Shown: piece by piece, positions 47,432-57,416 of the stretch
Layout of the letters: the number at the start of each line of letters is the position of its first letter
How positions within the stretch are numbered: the stretch's first letter is position 1
Assembly: GCA_035402765.1 (NCBI GenBank)
Contig: DAONDX010000002.1
Location: forward strand, 65,173 to 129,172
Source of the DNA: Candidatus Omnitrophota bacterium
Lineage (GTDB): Bacteria > Omnitrophota > Gorgyraeia > Gygaellales > Profunditerraquicolaceae
Reading direction: 5' to 3'
Length of the DNA stretch: 64,000 nt
Program-made: the position numbers and the translations under genes
Notes under the pieces: generated by a model
Database searches by the model: none
Told to the model about the DNA's origin: nothing
What the model saw: the letters and a program-made list of their open reading frames with translations, nothing else

Positions 47432-48752
47432 CTCTGAATTCTCCGACTACAAATAAAGATCCCGTAACTAAAATTAAATCGTTTTGACCGGCCAGCCTTC
47501 CGGCTAGAATTTTAGCTTCTTTTACCCCCGAGGTCAAATATAGTTTTTGTTTAAAATAACCGGATAACTTAACCGGATCAGCCGCCCGGGGGGTTTGCGC
47601 CCGAGTAAGGATGACTTCATCAGCTAAAGGACCCAATTCCTTACAAATCCCCGGAAGATCCTTATCGGAAGAAATTCCTAAAACTAAAATGAGCCTTTGA
47701 TATTTAAAATTATCTTTTATCGCTCTTGTTAAAACCTGCGCCGAAGCCAAATTTTGCGCTCCGTCTAAAACAATGCGCGGATGGTTTTGGATCACCTCAC
47801 ATCTTCCCGGCCAAACCGCATGCTCAAGCCCCCGGCGGATAGCGCCGGCTTTAAGTTTGACCCCGTAAGCACTTAAACTTTCAACCAATCCGGCAGCCAA
47901 GGCGGCATTGCCAAACTGATGCCTGCCTAAAAGACGCAAATGTAAATTTTGATAATTATTGTTCAAGCCTTTGATCACTAAACCTTTTTGCGTAATAGAA
48001 TATTTGATCTGCTTGCCTATTTCATAAAGCCTGGCTTGAAATTTTTTACACCGCAGAGCAATTACTTCCCGGGCCGGTTTAACCTGAAAAGCCGAAACTA
48101 CGATCGCCCCTTTTTTCTTGATAATCCCGGCTTTTTCCCCGGCGATTTTAACTAAAGTATTGCCTAATTTCTGCACGTGCTCAAAACTAAGCGGAGTGAT
48201 TCCGCAAACCAGGGAATCGGCAGCATTGGTCGCATCTAATCTGCCGCCCATACCTGTTTCTAAAACTACAAAATCAACTTGCTTGCGTTTAAAATACAAA
48301 AAAGCCAGGGCGGTATAAACCTCAAAAAATGAAAGCTGGCCATACTTTGAATAACAGTTGTATTTATTGATGAGCGGTTTTAATTCCCGCACTAATCCGG
48401 ACAGTTCTTTTCTGGAAATCATCCCCTCAAAATCTTTACCCGCCTTTTTATAACCGCCGGCGGGCATCCGGAGAATCCTGATTCTTTCCCTAAAATCCTT
48501 AAGGTGCGGCGAAGTATAGAGCCCCACGCGAAAACCCGCTTCCCTAAGAATATAAGCCGTCAAAGCACAGGTTGACCCCTTGCCTTTGGTTCCGGCAACA
48601 TGGATTACCCGCAGACCTTTTTGAGGATCGCCGATAAGGGCAAGGAAATTTTGGATACGTTGGAGTTTGATTGTTTTTTGATAAGGATAATTAAGTTCTT
48701 TTTCGTAGTTAGCGAGGGAATTAAGATAGCGCAAAACTTCCGGGTAGGTCAT
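47418..48752 (-). CDS. folC: Folylpolyglutamate synthase / dihydrofolate synthase
   Basis: 444 aa. Mur-ligase P-loop HVAGTKGKGST. FolC middle/C-terminal domains. Confidence 0.85.
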   Translation of the reverse strand: MTYPEVLRYLNSLANYEKELNYPYQKTIKLQRIQNFLALIGDPQKGLRVIHVAGTKGKGSTCALTAYILREAGFRVGLYTSPHLKDFRERIRILRMPAGGYKKAGKDFEGMISRKELSGLVRELKPLINKYNCYSKYGQLSFFEVYTALAFLYFKRKQVDFVVLETGMGGRLDATNAADSLVCGITPLSFEHVQKLGNTLVKIAGEKAGIIKKKGAIVVSAFQVKPAREVIALRCKKFQARLYEIGKQIKYSITQKGLVIKGLNNNYQNLHLRLLGRHQFGNAALAAGLVESLSAYGVKLKAGAIRRGLEHAVWPGRCEVIQNHPRIVLDGAQNLASAQVLTRAIKDNFKYQRLILVLGISSDKDLPGICKELGPLADEVILTRAQTPRAADPVKLSGYFKQKLYLTSGVKEAKILAGRLAGQNDLILVTGSLFVVGEFRDVGR

Positions 48753-48755
48753 ACA

Positions 48756-50312
48756 TTAATGCTTAAAATGCCTGATGCCTGTAGTCACCATCGCAATTTT
48801 ATATTTGTCACAAGCCGCGATGATCTCCTGGTCGGCAATTGAGCCTCCGGGTTGAATTATGGCCTTGGCTGCGGCTTTATGGGCCCAGGATATCGCATCC
48901 GCTTTAGGGAAAAAAGCATCCGAAGCCAAACAACAGCCCTGAGTGGATCTGGCCGATTTATTTTTTGCGATCATTACCGAATCTACGCGGGACATTTGCC
49001 CGGCGCCGATCCCCACGGTCGAGGTACCTTGGGCTAAAACAATCGCGTTGGATTTTACATGTTTGGCTACCTTCCAGGCAAAAATCAAACTTTGCATTTG
49101 AGCTTTGCTGGGTTTTTTCTTAGTTACCACTTTGAGCTGATTAAAGTCTAACGTCAACGCATCAGCAGTTTCTAAAAGTATGCCGCCGGTAATCCGTTTC
49201 ATCTGCAGGTCGCTGACAACACTCCAATCGTTCAATTCCAACAAACGCAGATTCTTCTTTTCTTTAAATAGATTTTGGGCTGCCTGCTCAAACCCCGGGG
49301 CAATAATACATTCTAAAAATCCGCTTTTGGCAATCAGTTTAGCTGTCTTAAGATCCATTTTCCGGTTTAAAGCGATAATCCCGCCAAACGCAGAAAGCTT
49401 ATCAGTTTTCCAGGCATTTAAATACGCCTGGCTTAACGTTTTATTTTCCGCCACCCCGCAGGGATTATTATGTTTGACAATTACCGCGGCCGGATTTTTA
49501 AACTCTTTGGCTAATTCCACCGCGGAATTAAGATCAAGAATATTATTGAAGGAAAGCTCTTTGCCTTGCAATTGTTTAAGATTAATTAAACCTGAAAACT
49601 TGCCCTTTTCTTTATAAAAAGCACCTGCCTGATGGGGATTTTCCCCATAGCGCAGAGCCTGGATCTTTTCAAAAGCCAAAGTTAATTCCTGCGGGAAGTT
49701 TTCCGCGGTTTTGTTGATTTTAAAATAATCGCTCAAATAATTATAAATTGCCGCGTCATATCCGGCGGTATGCCGGTAAACTTCTACCCCTAATTTACAC
49801 ATTAAATCTTCGCCTAGACAGCCTTGATTTTCTTTTAACTGAGAAATTACTTGGGGGTAACTCCGGGGATTACAGATTACCGCTACCGATTGAAAATTTT
49901 TAGCCGCTGAACGCAGCATCGCCGGACCGCCGATATCAATATTCTCAATTACCTCGGTAATTTTTGCGCCTGGCTTGCGGATAACTTTCTCAAAAGGATA
50001 CAAATTCACCACGAGCATATCAATGAAACCGATATTATGCTCGGCTAATACCTGCAGGTGCTCCGGATTATTGCGCAAGGCCAGTAAGCCGCCGTGAATC
50101 TTCGGATGCAGGGTTTTTACTCTTCCGTCAAGCATCTCCGGAAATCCGGTATAGGCGGAAACTTCAGTAACCTTAATATTATTTTCACGCAACAGTCTGG
50201 CGGTACCGCCCGTAGAAATTATTTCTACTTTCAAATTCTCCAACTCTTTGGCCAGCTCAACAATACCGATCTTGTCGGAAACGCTAATTAATGCCCGCTT
50301 AATCTTAACCAT
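48756..50312 (-). CDS. purH: Bifunctional AICAR transformylase / IMP cyclohydrolase
   Basis: 518 aa. MGS-like N-terminus (ALISVSDK...ISTGGTA). PurH C-terminus ending GIRHFKH. Confidence 0.95.
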   Translation of the reverse strand: MVKIKRALISVSDKIGIVELAKELENLKVEIISTGGTARLLRENNIKVTEVSAYTGFPEMLDGRVKTLHPKIHGGLLALRNNPEHLQVLAEHNIGFIDMLVVNLYPFEKVIRKPGAKITEVIENIDIGGPAMLRSAAKNFQSVAVICNPRSYPQVISQLKENQGCLGEDLMCKLGVEVYRHTAGYDAAIYNYLSDYFKINKTAENFPQELTLAFEKIQALRYGENPHQAGAFYKEKGKFSGLINLKQLQGKELSFNNILDLNSAVELAKEFKNPAAVIVKHNNPCGVAENKTLSQAYLNAWKTDKLSAFGGIIALNRKMDLKTAKLIAKSGFLECIIAPGFEQAAQNLFKEKKNLRLLELNDWSVVSDLQMKRITGGILLETADALTLDFNQLKVVTKKKPSKAQMQSLIFAWKVAKHVKSNAIVLAQGTSTVGIGAGQMSRVDSVMIAKNKSARSTQGCCLASDAFFPKADAISWAHKAAAKAIIQPGGSIADQEIIAACDKYKIAMVTTGIRHFKH

Positions 50313-50323
50313 TATTTTAAAGT

Positions 50324-51028
50324 TTACTTATTGAACCGGAAATTGACCAGATCCGCATCTTGCATAATATAATCTTTTTGCTCCAGGCGCATTTTTCCCG
50401 CCTGTTTACTTTGAGTTTCTCCGCCGCAAGAAATAAAATCGGCGAAACTTATAATTTCAGCACGGATAAAACCTTGCTGTATATCAGAATGGATGACGCC
50501 GGCGGCCTCCCAGGCAGTTGTCCCTTTTTTAATTAACCAGGCGCGGTTCTCTTTATCCCCAACGGTTAAAAAACAGATATAGCCGCTTTGGGAAACGACT
50601 TTAGCCAGCAAGGCGCCCAGGTCGGATAATTCTTCTTTATCGATCACCACCACCGGCTTAAGAGTAAATAAACCATACCCGGAAATAACTTCTTTTTCCT
50701 GCTCCGTTAAACCCAGCGTCGAAATAAGTTCCTCTTTTTCTAAAGCCCCTTTGATCTTATCCAAGATTATTTTTTCATTCTCCGCCGGAGCTTTAGATAA
50801 ACGTGTCTCTACAAAATCCAGGTCCTTAAGGATCAAATCCATCTTGGCATCGGCCTGAAGGATAATCACATCCGCCTCGCAAGCCTCCTCAGGCCCGACT
50901 AATTCCACCTGGGGATAAGTTTTCTTTTTCGCCTTAACCAGTTTATCCGCCTGGTCCAGACGGGTATCCTTGATATTCTGTTTACCCAAAGTAATCTCGC
51001 CAACCGCAAACGCGCTTATTTTCATCAA
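50324..51028 (-). CDS. YchF-like protein lacking the N-terminal P-loop G domain (helical insert + YchF C-terminal/TGS domain only)
   Basis: 234 aa. C-terminus FLTVGDKENRAWLIKKGTTAWEAAGVIHSDIQQGFIRAEII matches the YchF TGS-like domain. LFTLKPVVVI matches the YchF LLT.KP motif. No GxxxxGKS P-loop. Only 58 bp separate it from the upstream kamA stop. Confidence 0.55.
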   Translation of the reverse strand: MMKISAFAVGEITLGKQNIKDTRLDQADKLVKAKKKTYPQVELVGPEEACEADVIILQADAKMDLILKDLDFVETRLSKAPAENEKIILDKIKGALEKEELISTLGLTEQEKEVISGYGLFTLKPVVVIDKEELSDLGALLAKVVSQSGYICFLTVGDKENRAWLIKKGTTAWEAAGVIHSDIQQGFIRAEIISFADFISCGGETQSKQAGKMRLEQKDYIMQDADLVNFRFNK

Positions 51029-51086
51029 TAGCTCCTAAAAGCAGAAACGCAGAATTTTGCGTATCTGCAGAATGATTAATTGAAAT

Positions 51087-52274
51087 TTATTCCAGGTAGG
51101 TATAAATCTTGCCTTTATAATTACGCAATACATATTTACCCTTGGCCTGGGAAAGAATATAATTCGGCCCCACGGGGATTTTACCGCCGCCGCCCGGCCC
51201 ATCGATAACATAGGTGGGAACCGCATAACCGGAGGTATGGCCGCGTAACTTCTCGATAATATTTATTCCGGTAGCAACCGGAGTACGGAAATGCTGTGTG
51301 CCCCTGACCGGGTCACACTGATAAATATAGTACGGCCTGACCCTGATCTGCAAAAGGTCATGCACCAGGCGTTTCATGATAAATGGCCGGTCATTGATCC
51401 CTTTAAGCAATACTGATTGGCTGCCTAAAGGGATGCCGCTCTCCGCCAGCATATCACAGGCATTTTTACAACGCTTAGTAATCTCTTTAGGATGATTAAA
51501 ATGGATACTCATCCAAATCGGCGAATATTTTTTAAGCGTCTGGACCAATTTTTCCGTGATCCGTTGTGGCAGGGTTACCGGGATCCGCGTGCCGATTCTA
51601 AGTAATTCCACATGCGATATCGCGCGGATTTTCGAAACTAAAGACTCCAATGCTTCATCTTCCAAAGTAAGCGGATCGCCTCCGGAGATTAATACATCCC
51701 GGATTTTACGGTTAGTCTTAATATATTCTATCGCGGCGTCAAATTTAGTTTCCGGATCAATATCCTTCTCCTCATGATCTCCTACCAGACGCCGGCGGGT
51801 GCAATGCCGGCAATACATGGCACAATGGTCGGTTGCCAATAACAAAACCCTGTCCGGATAACGGTGGACTAAATGCGGCGCCGGAGAATCACGGTCTTCG
51901 GCGCAAGGATCCGCCATTTCATGCGGAGAAACAAAAAATTCATCATTAACCGGAACGGCTTGCCTTCTAATCGGGCAATTCGGGTCTTCGGCGTCAATCT
52001 GGCTGGCCCAGTAAGGAGTAATCGCCATCGCTAATCTGCCTTTGGCCTTATCAATACCTTTTTCTTCTTCGGGAGTAAGCTTAATAATCTGCACCAGTTC
52101 TTCTTTACTTCGGATCCGGTGTTTTAGCTGCCAATGCCAATCTTCCCAATCCAGAGGGTTGACATCTTTATAAAGAGCAAGCTGCTGATAATCTTTAGAA
52201 CGTTTAGGTTGCCGAGAAATAACGGGTGTTTCCAACTGTACTTTCTGGTTCTCTAAACTTACGGGATTGCTCAA
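51087..52274 (-). CDS. kamA: Lysine 2,3-aminomutase (radical SAM, KamA family)
   Basis: 395 aa. CAMYCRHCTRRR radical SAM cluster motif. PLP-binding region and KamA C-terminal domain. 4-bp overlap with the upstream ATP-grasp gene. Confidence 0.85.
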   Translation of the reverse strand: MSNPVSLENQKVQLETPVISRQPKRSKDYQQLALYKDVNPLDWEDWHWQLKHRIRSKEELVQIIKLTPEEEKGIDKAKGRLAMAITPYWASQIDAEDPNCPIRRQAVPVNDEFFVSPHEMADPCAEDRDSPAPHLVHRYPDRVLLLATDHCAMYCRHCTRRRLVGDHEEKDIDPETKFDAAIEYIKTNRKIRDVLISGGDPLTLEDEALESLVSKIRAISHVELLRIGTRIPVTLPQRITEKLVQTLKKYSPIWMSIHFNHPKEITKRCKNACDMLAESGIPLGSQSVLLKGINDRPFIMKRLVHDLLQIRVRPYYIYQCDPVRGTQHFRTPVATGINIIEKLRGHTSGYAVPTYVIDGPGGGGKIPVGPNYILSQAKGKYVLRNYKGKIYTYLE

Positions 52275-53272
52275 TTCAGCCTTTTCCTTTCCGAGGCGCT
52301 TAAAAGTATGGCCTCAATAAGATCTTCATATTTCATCCCGGCGGCATAAGCCATAATTGGGAAGTTAGATTCTTTAGGATCTAGCCCCGGTAAAGGATTA
52401 ATTTCTAGAACATAAGGTACATTGAATTTATCCAAACGGATATCCGTGCGCGAAATATCCAAACACCCGACTGCCCGGTGAGTACGCAAAGCGACATCTT
52501 TTACTTTTTCTTCCGTTTCCTTATCCAGTCTGGCCGGGCAATAGAATTCCGGCACCAGTCCCAGATCGCTATTGCCCTGGAACTCTTTCATCTTCCAGGA
52601 ATAAAAATATTCACCGCTTTTTTTACAATTCGAAAAATCGATTTCCAGGATCGGTAACACCCGGGTCTTGCCATTTTCTAAAATCCCGACCGTCAGTTCT
52701 TTACCTTCGATAAATTCTTCAACCAAAGCTTCCTGCCGGTAGATATTAATGCATTCCTTAACTTTAAGCTGCAGGTCCTGGGGATTATTAACAACATTTG
52801 TTTTGTTAATCCCTTTGGCCGATCCTTCACAGTTAGGCTTAACAATCAGCGGAAATTTTAAACCCGGATCCAGGATTTCATCTCCTTTTGCAAAAAGCTG
52901 AAAATTAGGAGTAGGGATATTCTCTGCTTTGAGGATCTTTTTAGTCAGCGTCTTATTCAATGCTAGCGCTAAAGAAAAAGTATCGCTGCCGGTATAGGGT
53001 ATATGTAAATAATCCAATACCGCCGGAACTTCACTTTCACGGAAACGGCCATGCTTTCCTTCGGCAATATTAAATACCATATCTACGCGATTTTTCCTGA
53101 AATAGGAAAATAATGCCGGGTATTCTACATCTATCGGTTCCACGGAATGCCCTTTAGTCTTAAGCGCCCTGACCACGGAATTAATTGTTTCCTCAGAGTC
53201 ACATTCGGAAAAATAATCCGCCGGCTTTAGCGGATCTTTCTTTTTTAAATTATAAGTCAGCGCAACACGCAT
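52271..53272 (-). CDS. D-alanine-D-alanine-ligase-family ATP-grasp enzyme (paralog 1)
   Basis: 333 aa. Ddl-like blocks (LIVKPNCEGSAKGI; LVEEFIEGKELTVGIL; DISRTDIRLD..PYVLEINPLPGL). Confidence 0.75.
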   Translation of the reverse strand: MRVALTYNLKKKDPLKPADYFSECDSEETINSVVRALKTKGHSVEPIDVEYPALFSYFRKNRVDMVFNIAEGKHGRFRESEVPAVLDYLHIPYTGSDTFSLALALNKTLTKKILKAENIPTPNFQLFAKGDEILDPGLKFPLIVKPNCEGSAKGINKTNVVNNPQDLQLKVKECINIYRQEALVEEFIEGKELTVGILENGKTRVLPILEIDFSNCKKSGEYFYSWKMKEFQGNSDLGLVPEFYCPARLDKETEEKVKDVALRTHRAVGCLDISRTDIRLDKFNVPYVLEINPLPGLDPKESNFPIMAYAAGMKYEDLIEAILLSASERKRLN

Positions 53273-54262
53273 TTAATTTACTCCATTTCTAACCAACGCA
53301 CTGTTTAAGATCTTGCCCACCATTTGTTCATAAGTAATGCCGATGTTTTTAGCCACGAGCATGAAGACATCTTCCGTGGATAAAGACGGCAGGGGATTGA
53401 TCTCTAAAACATAAGGATTGCCGTTGTTATCAACGCGGAAATCGACCCGCCCAAAATCCCGGCAATCGACCGCCCGATAAACTTTTAAAGATAGCTCATC
53501 TAACTTTTTCTTTAAATCGCTGGTAATTTTAGCCGGGCAAATATACTCTAGACGGTCAGAAGTGATCCGGGCAAAAGTATAAAATTTATCATTTAACTTT
53601 AATTTTCCGTCGATCTTTATTTGCACGACCGGCATGACCTGGGGATTTTCATTGCCCACAATCGCCACGGTAAATTCCTGCCCGGAAATAAATTCTTCCA
53701 CCAGGGCCGGCTGCTTGTAGGTTTTAACGATAAACTCTACCTGTTTCTTAAGTTCATCTGCGTTTTCTACACGCGAACTCTCGCTTAACCCTTTAGATGA
53801 ACCTTCAAAACGCGGCTTAACGATAAGCGGAAATTGGCAATGGTCCTGGTTAATTAAACCTTCTATGGATCTGACTTCAAAAAATTTAGGTGTAGGAATT
53901 TTTTCGGCAATAAAAATTTTCTTGGCCATCACTTTGTCTAAAGTCAGCCCCAAAGTCAAAGCGTCAGCTCCTACAAAAGGCACCCCGGCCATCTCCAGTA
54001 AAATAGGCACTTGCGACTCCCGGTTCCTGCCGCTTAGCCCCTCGGATATGTTAAAAACAATATCCACTCCCAGATTATCGATTTTCTCTAACAAATTGGA
54101 AGCGTTGCCGATCTTTTTAACCTTAAAACCGTTGGCGGCGATCGCCTCGGCGATCACATCCACGGTCGATAAAGAATCGAATTCCGCGTTAGCGTCCAAC
54201 GGATCGCCTTCTTTAAATTTGTAATCTGTTTTTAAATCGTAAGTTAATCCGACGGTTTTCAT
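53273..54262 (-). CDS. D-alanine-D-alanine-ligase-family ATP-grasp enzyme (paralog 2)
   Basis: 329 aa. Same blocks (LIVKPRFEGSSKGL; LVEEFISGQEFTVAIV; DFGRVDFRVDNNGNPYVLEINPLPSL). Abuts paralog 1. Confidence 0.75.
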   Translation of the reverse strand: MKTVGLTYDLKTDYKFKEGDPLDANAEFDSLSTVDVIAEAIAANGFKVKKIGNASNLLEKIDNLGVDIVFNISEGLSGRNRESQVPILLEMAGVPFVGADALTLGLTLDKVMAKKIFIAEKIPTPKFFEVRSIEGLINQDHCQFPLIVKPRFEGSSKGLSESSRVENADELKKQVEFIVKTYKQPALVEEFISGQEFTVAIVGNENPQVMPVVQIKIDGKLKLNDKFYTFARITSDRLEYICPAKITSDLKKKLDELSLKVYRAVDCRDFGRVDFRVDNNGNPYVLEINPLPSLSTEDVFMLVAKNIGITYEQMVGKILNSALVRNGVN

Positions 54263-54540
54263 TTTATGCTTATTTATGCTTATTTATTCCGGTTTTTAAG
54301 CCCTAAATAAAAAAATAAGGGCCCCTTTCAAATACTTTATCCTGAGCCCTCAAAACTTCTATCCAATTTTTTCCAACTTCAGTTTAATCCCCCGATAATT
54401 TGCCCGCAAAATGTAGTAGCTATGTTTATTTTTTACCACAATATGTTGAGATTGTCAAGTATTTTTTGCCTAAATTCCGGATAAAAAATTTTGATTTTGC
54501 CGTCGGAGGATTGATTTTTTAAAGATTGCGGCTGGTAATT

Positions 54541-55194
54541 TTATAAAACTAAAATGGGATGATTTTTATTTGCGGCAAAAACAATTCCGTTTTTCTTAAG
54601 GTCGCTGATTAATTGGTTAAAACTGCCAAAAACACAGGCGCAAATACCTAAAGCTCTTGCACTTTCCACTAATTCCGGCCGGTCATCGGTGTAAAATATT
54701 TCTTCCGGGTTAACTCCTAAATCCCGGATCACTAAATCATAGATCGCTTTCTCCGGTTTGATCAATCCCAACTGGTAAGAAAGGAAAATCTTATCAAAAG
54801 CCCCGAAGACCGGAAAATTCTTTTTCAGATATTCATGGTGCAGAATATTGATATTAGAAAGCAGCACGGTTTTATAATTGGCGCGTAATGAATTCGCTAA
54901 ACCAAAAACCGAGCGGTTTTTCGCGCTTAAAAAGAATATATCATTCCAGATCGGCTCAAATGAATTATAGCTGAGCTTTAAATCCAGCATCTGCTTAACT
55001 TTAAAATAAAAATCCTCAGGAGTAATCTTCCCGGCTTCAAAAGCGTTGGTTAATTCGGATCCCAGAAAAAGGTCAAAGATCTCCTGAGGAGTTTTAGGAC
55101 AAAACTCCGCTATCCGGCGGGCCGCCCTTAAAGGATCAAAATCCACGAGCACTCTGCCCAAATCAAAAAGAACGACTTTAATTTCTTTGGCCAT
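54541..55194 (-). CDS. HAD-superfamily hydrolase
   Basis: 217 aa. Motif I VVLFDLGRVLVD. Motif III/IV region (LLSNINI; YTDD). Confidence 0.75.
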   Translation of the reverse strand: MAKEIKVVLFDLGRVLVDFDPLRAARRIAEFCPKTPQEIFDLFLGSELTNAFEAGKITPEDFYFKVKQMLDLKLSYNSFEPIWNDIFFLSAKNRSVFGLANSLRANYKTVLLSNINILHHEYLKKNFPVFGAFDKIFLSYQLGLIKPEKAIYDLVIRDLGVNPEEIFYTDDRPELVESARALGICACVFGSFNQLISDLKKNGIVFAANKNHPILVL

Positions 55195-56183
55195 TAATTC
55201 CCCTTATCCGTATTCTTCCTGAAAAGATCCAGAAACTTATCTTCATATTCCTTATAAACATTCCACTTGTCCAATTCCACTTTTAACTCTTTAGCCTTGG
55301 AAATATCGCGGCGGCTTTCCTCAAAAAGCTTTTCGATTTTCTCTTTAATAGAAACCGGAAGATTGGTGAGCTGGCTTAAAGTTTTTTTAATCAATTCCAC
55401 TTCTTCCTCGCCGATCGGAGCAGATACTCCGGGGTTACCTAATTTTAAATATTCCAGCAATTTATTAATTTCGCTTTCCATGGCGGCGGCCTGCTCTTTG
55501 AGCGGCGCGACATTAATCGGCAGATTCAATATTTTCCCTAAAGCTTCTAACACGGCGGCGGAAGCTTTGGGATTCTCGATCTGAATAGTATAAAGCGGGA
55601 TCTCCCCCAGCAGACAAAATCCTTTTAACCCGGATTTTTTAGCAATCCCCAGGAATAATCCGTTCATCCCGCTGATCTGCCCGTCAACTAAAGCCGCAAA
55701 ATTAAATTTCTTTAAACTTTCTTTTATTTTCTGGTCGGTAGCGGCAAACCAAACCCCGGAATCCTGGGTATGATCAGTGGGCTGGGGCATAGAAGCAAAA
55801 CTTACGATCGTGCCTACGCCTAAATCGCTTGCCAGAGAGATAATCGTCTTGGCGTAACTATCCGCTTTAGAAAGATCCGGCTGGGCGTTGCTTAAAAAAA
55901 TGATCAGATCATTTTTACCGGAAGAGGCGCCTTTGGCCGCGGGATTTTTCCAATAATAAAACTTCCCCTGCGGAAGCTGCGGGACTTCCAATATTCCGGC
56001 GGAAATTACACTGCCGGACAAGTAAAAAAAATCATCCGGAATGATCCGGGCAAATTCCACGGCTTTTAATTCCTGGACCAAATATTCTGCGGCTTTAAAA
56101 GCAACTTCCCCCATCCCGGGCCAAGCGACAATCAAATAAGGTTTTTTAAGTTTTGGTTTTTTGGTAATAACTAAAGCGCCCAT
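55194..56183 (-). CDS. PAC2-family (proteasome-assembly-chaperone-like fold) protein with C-terminal coiled coil
   Basis: 329 aa. N-terminal LIVAWPGMGEVAFKAAEYLVQEL resembles the PAC2 family signature. Assignment tentative. Confidence 0.4.
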   Translation of the reverse strand: MGALVITKKPKLKKPYLIVAWPGMGEVAFKAAEYLVQELKAVEFARIIPDDFFYLSGSVISAGILEVPQLPQGKFYYWKNPAAKGASSGKNDLIIFLSNAQPDLSKADSYAKTIISLASDLGVGTIVSFASMPQPTDHTQDSGVWFAATDQKIKESLKKFNFAALVDGQISGMNGLFLGIAKKSGLKGFCLLGEIPLYTIQIENPKASAAVLEALGKILNLPINVAPLKEQAAAMESEINKLLEYLKLGNPGVSAPIGEEEVELIKKTLSQLTNLPVSIKEKIEKLFEESRRDISKAKELKVELDKWNVYKEYEDKFLDLFRKNTDKGN

Positions 56184-56279
56184 TTTATCTCCTTGCGTAC
56201 GAACGCGACACCGGAGCGATACTACTTTAGCCCCGGGAGCATTCCCTGATTTGCTTAAATAAGATTTAAGATCAAAACT

Positions 56280-57416
56280 TTAATTAAATTTATATTTTTT
56301 TAAAAATTCGACCAATACTTTTGCGCCATTATATAAATTATCCAGACAGGCGTATTCATCAGCGATATGCGCGCAGCCTTCCGTGCCAAAACCAGTGGCA
56401 ATTGCCGGGATCTTCAGGGCTTTAAAGAAAGTAATCACCGTTGCCCCTTCAGAACCGCTGATGCGCCCCTTAAGGCGCAAACTTTTCATCGCCGCGACCA
56501 AGCTGCTGACTAAAGGATGAGACGGATCAATATAATAAGGATCCTGGATCCCCTGAATCGTAATTTTATATTTTCTGGCATGCCGAATGATCGTTTCTTT
56601 TAAAAAACGTAATATTTCTTTTTCCGAGTAACCGGGGAGAAATCTAAAATCCAGTTCAAATTCGCACCAATCACTGACGACGTTGACTTTATCTCCGCCT
56701 TTAATTGTCCCCACATTAACCGTGGGAGGGTGTAAATATTTATTTTTTGCGTAAGATTTGTGTTTACTTTTAAGATCCGTAATTATCTTGGCGGCCAAAT
56801 CAATAGCATTAATTCCCAGCCAGGGATAAGCGCCGTGGGCCTTTTTACCTTCCACCTTCACGGTTAAATGCATCAGGCCTTTTTGGGTGATGACAATTTC
56901 AAAATCATCGGCATCCAAAACCACCGCCGCATCGGCTTTGAGGAGTTTACGCTCAAGCAGCGGTATTAAACCCAGAGCTGAACCACTTTCCTCATCAGCA
57001 GTAGCCGCAAAAATCAAATCATACTCCAGTTTAACCCCGTCTTCGACGAGCGAATTAATGGCTTCCAGCGCGCTGGCTAAATTTCCTTTGCAGTCTGTCG
57101 CGCCTAAACCGTAAATCCGGTTACCGACGATCTTCGCCGAAAGCGCCGGTGTTTTCCAGCTGATTCCAGCCGGAACCGTATCTAAATGCGGAGTAAGCAG
57201 GAGCGATTTATGGCGTTTTCCGCCGGGCAATCTGGCAATAACATTATCCCTTTTTTTACTAAAAGTGTAGATTTTTATTTCTAAGCCTAAATCCGCCAGG
57301 TATTTACTTACGAAGGCGGCAATTTTATGCTCGTTCCCCGGGGGATTCTGGGAATCCAGGGAAATTAATTTTTGCAGAGTTTGGATCAGGCGTTTTTTAT
57401 TGACCATAGCGGGCAA
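56280..57416 (-). CDS. M20-family metallopeptidase (ArgE/DapE-like deacylase)
   Basis: 378 aa. Metal-binding His/Asp/Glu blocks (LLTPHLDTVP; GATDCKG; ADEESG). Confidence 0.8.
   Translation of the reverse strand: MPAMVNKKRLIQTLQKLISLDSQNPPGNEHKIAAFVSKYLADLGLEIKIYTFSKKRDNVIARLPGGKRHKSLLLTPHLDTVPAGISWKTPALSAKIVGNRIYGLGATDCKGNLASALEAINSLVEDGVKLEYDLIFAATADEESGSALGLIPLLERKLLKADAAVVLDADDFEIVITQKGLMHLTVKVEGKKAHGAYPWLGINAIDLAAKIITDLKSKHKSYAKNKYLHPPTVNVGTIKGGDKVNVVSDWCEFELDFRFLPGYSEKEILRFLKETIIRHARKYKITIQGIQDPYYIDPSHPLVSSLVAAMKSLRLKGRISGSEGATVITFFKALKIPAIATGFGTEGCAHIADEYACLDNLYNGAKVLVEFLKKYKFN

Noticed and set aside
51035-51226. 63-aa ORF overlapping the 3' end of kamA in another frame
   Set aside because: It sits entirely inside the conserved KamA C-terminal coding region and has no independent signal.
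54263-54290. Direct repeat TTATGCTTATTTA x2 immediately upstream of the second ATP-grasp gene
   Set aside because: Two short AT-rich copies in a promoter region are too little to call a regulatory repeat or mobile-element end.
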